Shown here: piece by piece, positions 59,748-64,000 of the stretch | Position numbering within the stretch: the stretch's first letter is position 1 | Layout of the letters: each line of letters starts with the position of its first letter | Assembly (NCBI GenBank): GCA_034722015.1 | Contig: JAYENI010000081.1 | Span: 6,022 to 70,021 of the forward strand | Length of the DNA: 64,000 nt | Source of the DNA: Pseudomonadota bacterium | GTDB lineage: Bacteria; Pseudomonadota; Gammaproteobacteria; JAJDOJ01 | Direction of reading: 5' to 3' | Program-made: the position numbers and the translations under genes | The notes under the pieces: model-generated | Seen by the model: the letters and a program-made list of their open reading frames with translations, nothing else | Told to the model about the DNA's origin: nothing | Databases searched by the model: none

Positions 59748-60311
59748 CTAATCCAGATCGATAACGAACAGGCAATCGAAGGTCGCCGTAGCGGGAAAAT
59801 CAGCCAGGTTGACCAGGCCGGACAGGCGGGACGTGCCCGTGGAGGAACTGTAACGCCCGGTTCCACTGAGCACGGCGTTGCCATCGCCCGCCGCGCCGGT
59901 CATATGCGTAAAGACCTGACCATTGGCAGAGACCGTAGGCTGGATCACGGGCTGTACCGTGGTCAGGCCGCGTGTCACCAGCTCACCTCTCAACTCACCT
60001 CCGGCCAGATGGAAAGAGGTGGTGCCGACCAGTTTGATGGCGTCGCCTTCCGTAGTGATATTGGACAGGCAATCGGTTGCCGTTCCAATGCGTCGCCGGG
60101 TCTTCTGATTGAACAGATCGACGTCGAAGCAAACCGCCTCGTCGTCCAGGGTGTCGCCGTCGATATCGGGAACCAGCTTGCTGTAACCGGTTCCCGTGCC
60201 GACCAGATTGAGCACGAGGTGTTTTACGCTTTCGGCACTGACGGACAAGGGCAGACTCAGCGCAACACTCAGGAACATCGATACTGCGTGTTTTTTGGAT
60301 AACATTTTCAT
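59748..60311 (-). CDS. Secreted hypothetical protein
   Basis: Signal peptide MKMLSKKHAVSMFLSVALSLPLSVSA. 187 aa, Gly/Thr-rich, no family recognised. Confidence 0.5.
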   Translation of the reverse strand: MKMLSKKHAVSMFLSVALSLPLSVSAESVKHLVLNLVGTGTGYSKLVPDIDGDTLDDEAVCFDVDLFNQKTRRRIGTATDCLSNITTEGDAIKLVGTTSFHLAGGELRGELVTRGLTTVQPVIQPTVSANGQVFTHMTGAAGDGNAVLSGTGRYSSSTGTSRLSGLVNLADFPATATFDCLFVIDLD

Positions 60312-60477
60312 TCTCCTCGTACAGTGGGACTTGGGTGCGAGATCCCGATCCGGTATCCGTGCGTGTGAACGGGCTCAGGATCTGAATACCACGATGTGGA
60401 ATCGGTTCATGTCTTCCGGCCCATAGGCGTTCCTCCTTTCATTGCTTGATCACGAAAACACGACGAATCCCACCCGG

Positions 60478-60738
60478 TCAGTCGAAGACGGCGAAATCCG
60501 GTTGCGCATCGACGTGGCCAAGGCGTCCGGCAGACTCTATCCATCGGTTGCGTTCCGCCAGCCAGGCGGCGGTCGATTCCAGGTCGTGCCGTGGCTCGAT
60601 CGGGACGAACGGCAGCAATGCGTGCACGGCAAACGCCACTACACTGGTGATGAGGCGGCAGGCGATGCCCATGGCAAAGCGCCAGTGCTCGTAGTAGGTG
60701 ACCCCCTGCTGCCGTGGATGAGTGGTGAACGGGTTCAT
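60478..60738 (-). CDS. Small hypothetical membrane protein
   Basis: 86 aa with one hydrophobic segment. Weak support. Confidence 0.3.
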   Translation of the reverse strand: MNPFTTHPRQQGVTYYEHWRFAMGIACRLITSVVAFAVHALLPFVPIEPRHDLESTAAWLAERNRWIESAGRLGHVDAQPDFAVFD

Positions 60739-60985
60739 CGTCGGTTCCTCCCGGGTCGGCGGGATTTCCCGGCCGACCCAAAAGTGCTTTGAATGTGAGG
60801 GTCAGGATGCCGGACGGGATGTACGGAAGGGTCTTAAAGGCGTGCCCAGGCGTATCAATCGGGGCCGGGCGGCAGGTTTGGGCGGCAGGTATACGACTGC
60901 CGGTTCCGCGGCCAAATTCCGTGTAATTTCGCATAGATCAGTGGTTCCGAAACCAACAGTGCAAGCACCCTGAACTCAATCCATA

Positions 60986-61447
60986 TTACCGAGCCAGCCT
61001 TGGATCGAAATCGAACGGCTCACTTGATGCCGTCGCGATGACCGAGCCGAAACCGGGGTGCCCCGGATTCAACAGAACGTTGCGCTGTTGTGGCACGATG
61101 GTGCTGGGTACGATTAGCGCGAGCGACTGAAGACTGAGGGCCCATTGGTCCCCGATGTCGGCGGTTGACGAAGGTGGTGGATCGCGCCGCCAGTTTTTTG
61201 GCAACGCAGTTTTATCCAGCGACATGATGCTGTCGTCGGATAGCTTCAGCCTGGGCAGCAGGTACTGATTGAGTATCTCTCCACGATGCAGGTGCACGAG
61301 AAGTTCGAGCGCGGCCAGAGAAACGCTTTCAGATGCGTAAACCATCGCGACTCCCTTGCTGTTCCAGCGGCCGCCGTGGGCCTTCGCCCCTGAACCGTCC
61401 AGCGCGGTGTCGGCAAGGCGTGCCTTCACCAACCGAAAGACCCGCAT
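60986..61447 (-). CDS. RES-domain toxin (RES-Xre type II TA)
   Basis: AHGGRWNSKGVAMVYASESVSLAALE contains the RES motif R...E...S. Confidence 0.75.
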   Translation of the reverse strand: MRVFRLVKARLADTALDGSGAKAHGGRWNSKGVAMVYASESVSLAALELLVHLHRGEILNQYLLPRLKLSDDSIMSLDKTALPKNWRRDPPPSSTADIGDQWALSLQSLALIVPSTIVPQQRNVLLNPGHPGFGSVIATASSEPFDFDPRLAR

Positions 61448-61950
61448 CAGGTATAGACGCCGTGTTCCAGCCGACCGATCAGGTCCCGAACCTCGCCGGC
61501 GCCGGCCTCGGTATCCAGGTGCTGAAGCGGCCTGATCCCGCCAAGTGCCCTGGCGGGCTCCGACAGCCAGCTTCGGGCGGACTCGGCATCCCCCTCGAAC
61601 AGTTGAACCGCACTCCGGTAGATTTCCGCGATCCGATAGATCCGGTCGCTTTCTTCCACGGAAAGCAATCCGGCGGCGCTCTTGCGACGACGCGTCAGCG
61701 TAGCGGGGGCAATCCCGGCGACCTTCAGCAGTGTCTGCCGGGGGAGGCCCAGATCGTTGGCCAGTTTTTAGATGACGTTGACCGGGAAACCGCGGTGAAT
61801 CCGTTTCACCATCTCGGTGCGGTCCTCTGCGAGTCCCAGACGATGGAAGATCCCTTTGCCACCACGCTCTCCAGATTTGCCTGCCAGGCTCCGAGACGGT
61901 TCGATGGGAACGAAAACTTTTGTTTGGCTGGTCACCGTTGGCTCCTGCAT
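61447..61950 (-). pseudogene. Xre/ParS/MbcA-family antitoxin (DUF2384) interrupted by an in-frame TAA
   Basis: Two same-frame segments, 61771-61950 and 61450-61767, separated by TAA at 61768-61770 that falls inside the HTH (…HRGFPVNVI*KLANDLGLPRQTLLKV…). C-terminal part: ESDRIYRIAEIYRSAVQLFEGDAESARSWLSEP...GEVRDLIGRLEHGVY. Confidence 0.6.
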
Positions 61951-62091
61951 CTGCTCATATGGAATTAACTATACTTCCATTTGGAACAAAAGGAGCCTTC
62001 CCGGTTATAAATGTTCGGGGTGCCATGCCTTGCCATGTAACATAACATGGGCTATGTTACTTCATATGAATGTGCTAGAGATTCAAGTGAT

Positions 62092-62307
62092 ATGCCCGTA
62101 GGTCAAAGCGGCCGGATCGTCATCGAGATCGATCCGGAATTGAAGCAAGAACTGTATTCCGCCCTCGAGGGCGATGGGTTGACCCTGAAACGGTGGTTTC
62201 TTGACAGGGTGGGGGAGCACCTTCGGAATCGAAATCAACTGTCTCTTCAACTGATGTTCGCGGACAAGGATGCCGTTGAGGATCACGCTGAAGAGTTTTC
62301 CGGTTAG
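62092..62307 (+). CDS. Putative ribbon-helix-helix (CopG/ParG-like) DNA-binding protein
   Basis: RIVIEIDPELKQELYSALEGDGLTLKRWFLDRV resembles an RHH beta-strand + helix. Low-GC gene. Confidence 0.35.
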   Translation: MPVGQSGRIVIEIDPELKQELYSALEGDGLTLKRWFLDRVGEHLRNRNQLSLQLMFADKDAVEDHAEEFSG

Positions 62308-62483
62308 AGCAAGTCTCTTTCCGCCAAGGTCCATTTCCGTTCATCTTCTTACAGGTTCGCGGGATCTCGTCGCATCCCGATGTCACGAGGGTGCGTTGGG
62401 ATTCCAGATACGCCGGTGCCGACGTCGAGCGGATGGTGGGACATCTACCGAGAGACAGTCTCGCGACAGGCGCCCATATCGAA

Positions 62484-63104
62484 ATGCGCTCGAATAGCGA
62501 ACCAACTACGGATTATTACCAAACTAATGCCGGGAGATACTTTCAGAACACGGTTCACCTTGACATGGCGCCGCTCTACGATCGTTTCCTCGGGCACCTT
62601 CGGCCCGGCGCCCGAATACTGGACGCCGGATGTGGATCAGGGCGTGACGCAAAGGCATTTTCAGATCTTGGCTACGTTGTCAGGGGGTTCGATGCGTCAT
62701 CCTCGTTAGTGAAGTTGGCGGAAAAACACGCCCGGGTTCCGGTTGAGGTGCTGCGATTTCAGGATCTTGGATATGTTGCGGAGTTTGACGGGATATGGGC
62801 TTGCGCAAGCCTGTTACACGTTTGCATGGATGAACTGCCGGATGTGTTGGGACGATTGGCCAGGGCGCTCGATTCCAACGGCATTATCTACGTTTCTTTC
62901 AAATACGGGCAGGGCTCCAGGGAGGTGGACGGGAGGAGGTTTACCGATCTCGATGAGGCGACGCTGATGACCTTGGTCAAGGAATCCCGCAAGCTCGACA
63001 TCGTGGAAACCTGGATATCCGGGGATCGCCGGCCGGATCGCCAGGCAGATCGCTGGCTGAACGCGCTGCTAGCCACGGGGGAGGCGACGTGTCGAAACAT
63101 CTGA
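62484..63104 (+). CDS. Class I SAM-dependent methyltransferase (small-molecule type)
   Basis: Motif I ILDAGCGSGRDA. No DNA-MTase NPPY/DPPY motif. Longer alternative start at 62391. Confidence 0.65.
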   Translation: MRSNSEPTTDYYQTNAGRYFQNTVHLDMAPLYDRFLGHLRPGARILDAGCGSGRDAKAFSDLGYVVRGFDASSSLVKLAEKHARVPVEVLRFQDLGYVAEFDGIWACASLLHVCMDELPDVLGRLARALDSNGIIYVSFKYGQGSREVDGRRFTDLDEATLMTLVKESRKLDIVETWISGDRRPDRQADRWLNALLATGEATCRNI

Positions 63105-64000
63105 TTACCGGAGGCGATTCCGACCCCCTTCTGCCCCGACTGCTCGAGGCCATCCACCAGGCCGACGAGATAGAACTCGCTGTTGCCTTTGTCAAGGCCA
63201 GTGGTCTGGAAGTGCTGTTCCCAGCCCTGTCCGATGCGATCACGTCGCGCGATGCCGACCTTACGGTACTCACGAGCGACTACCTGGACATCACGGATCC
63301 ACAGGCATTGCGCCAGTTGATGTTGTTGGCCGAGCGCGGAGCCGATGTCCGTGTGTTCGAGACGAACGGTAGGGTCAGCTTTCACCTGAAGGCGTACATC
63401 TTTTTGCGTTGCGGCAACGGTAACCCGGCCGCTGGGACGGCATTCATCGGATCGAGCAACATCAGCAAGGTTGCACTGACCGACGGGCTCGAATGGAACT
63501 ATTGCGTCGAGTTTTACGAAGGGTCTTCAGGTCAGGAACACGACGGATTTCGTGAAATACGGAAAGAATACGAGGCGTTGCTGAATCGACCGGAAGCGGT
63601 TCGCCTGAATCATCCATGGATCCGCGACTACGAGAAGCGACGCAGACCGCCGTCCGCCCCTCCGGAGTCGGGGAGCGGCGATCCCCCGTTGCCGGTGCCC
63701 ACGCCGAGTCCGGTTCAGGAACAGGCGCTTCAGGCGTTGTCAGAAACCGTCGCGGCGGGTTATCGGCGCGGCCTTGTCGTGATGGCGACGGGTCTCGGCA
63801 AGACTTACCTGGCGGGCTTTCTCGCCGCCCGGATCAATGCCGAAACCGTCCTGTTCGTCGCGCACAGAGAGGAGATCCTTCTGCAGGCGGAGGCGACGTT
63901 CCAGCGTATCTTCCCGCGACACGTGGTGGGCCGTTACGCCGGAGAAAGGAAGGAAAAGGAAGCCGGGATGCTGTTCGCGTCCGTGCAGACGCTTGGGCAG
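63089..64000 (+). CDS. PLD-family (HKD) nuclease domain fused to SF2 DEAD/DEAH helicase, partial (continues beyond window end)
   Basis: HKD motif FHLKAYIFLRC...GSSNIS. Helicase motif I VVMATGLGKTYLAGF. GTG start overlapping the MTase stop. Open at position 64000. Confidence 0.7.
   Translation, partial: MSKHLITGGDSDPLLPRLLEAIHQADEIELAVAFVKASGLEVLFPALSDAITSRDADLTVLTSDYLDITDPQALRQLMLLAERGADVRVFETNGRVSFHLKAYIFLRCGNGNPAAGTAFIGSSNISKVALTDGLEWNYCVEFYEGSSGQEHDGFREIRKEYEALLNRPEAVRLNHPWIRDYEKRRRPPSAPPESGSGDPPLPVPTPSPVQEQALQALSETVAAGYRRGLVVMATGLGKTYLAGFLAARINAETVLFVAHREEILLQAEATFQRIFPRHVVGRYAGERKEKEAGMLFASVQTLGQ

Noticed and set aside
1-64000. Search for CRISPR arrays, rRNA genes, intact tRNAs
   Set aside because: No regularly spaced short direct repeats and no rRNA-like conserved stretches. 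The only tRNA-like sequence is the 3' fragment at 20721.

Overview
This 64-kb window is high-GC (~60-65%) chromosomal DNA, probably from a gammaproteobacterium with a sulfur/metal-respiring lifestyle (inferred from content: many multiheme c-type cytochromes and a sulfur-globule-like Gly/Tyr protein). Left to right: (i) a partial secreted carbohydrate-binding-like protein, a 14-blade BNR/Asp-box repeat protein and a sulfotransferase-like gene. (ii) A phosphate-homeostasis neighbourhood: ppx, a SulP permease, a PiT transporter with its DUF47/PhoU-like partner, and an NptA-PhoU Na/Pi cotransporter. Embedded in it is an uncharacterised putative signalling module: a HAMP/CHASE3-like sensor with no output domain, a PPP-family phosphatase, and two divergently transcribed paralogous P-loop proteins. 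(iii) A decayed integrative island (~20.7-25.85 kb): tRNA 3'-end fragment, 5'-truncated tyrosine integrase, AlpA-like and KilA-N-like genes, a HigB/HigA-like toxin-antitoxin pair, and IS3/ISAs1 transposase and oxidoreductase fragments. (iv) A 9-heme cytochrome c lipoprotein (~920 aa). (v) GFA, YceI and FIST genes, a secreted 4x Cys-repeat protein and a Gly/Tyr-rich secreted protein resembling sulfur-globule proteins. (vi) An atypical ars cluster: ArsM-like methyltransferase lacking two catalytic Cys, periplasmic MBL hydrolase, Acr3, GAPDH, a UPF0016 half-protein and ArsJ. (vii) trxC, a NUDIX hydrolase and a frameshifted SF2 helicase. (viii) An octaheme c lipoprotein + membrane triheme c + cytochrome b module, followed by a P2-type ATPase. 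(ix) An RiPP-like operon: DUF2282 precursor, MNIO (DUF692), DUF2063, ECF sigma, anti-sigma and an FGE-domain protein; this matches bufferin-type clusters but has unusual accessory genes. (x) A RES/Xre TA pair with an in-frame stop in the antitoxin, an RHH protein, a SAM methyltransferase and a PLD(HKD)-SF2 helicase fusion running off the window end. A ~160-bp MITE-like element with terminal inverted repeats and CTWAG target duplications occurs in at least 7 full and 2 partial copies, always at gene ends. No rRNA, CRISPR or intact tRNA was found.
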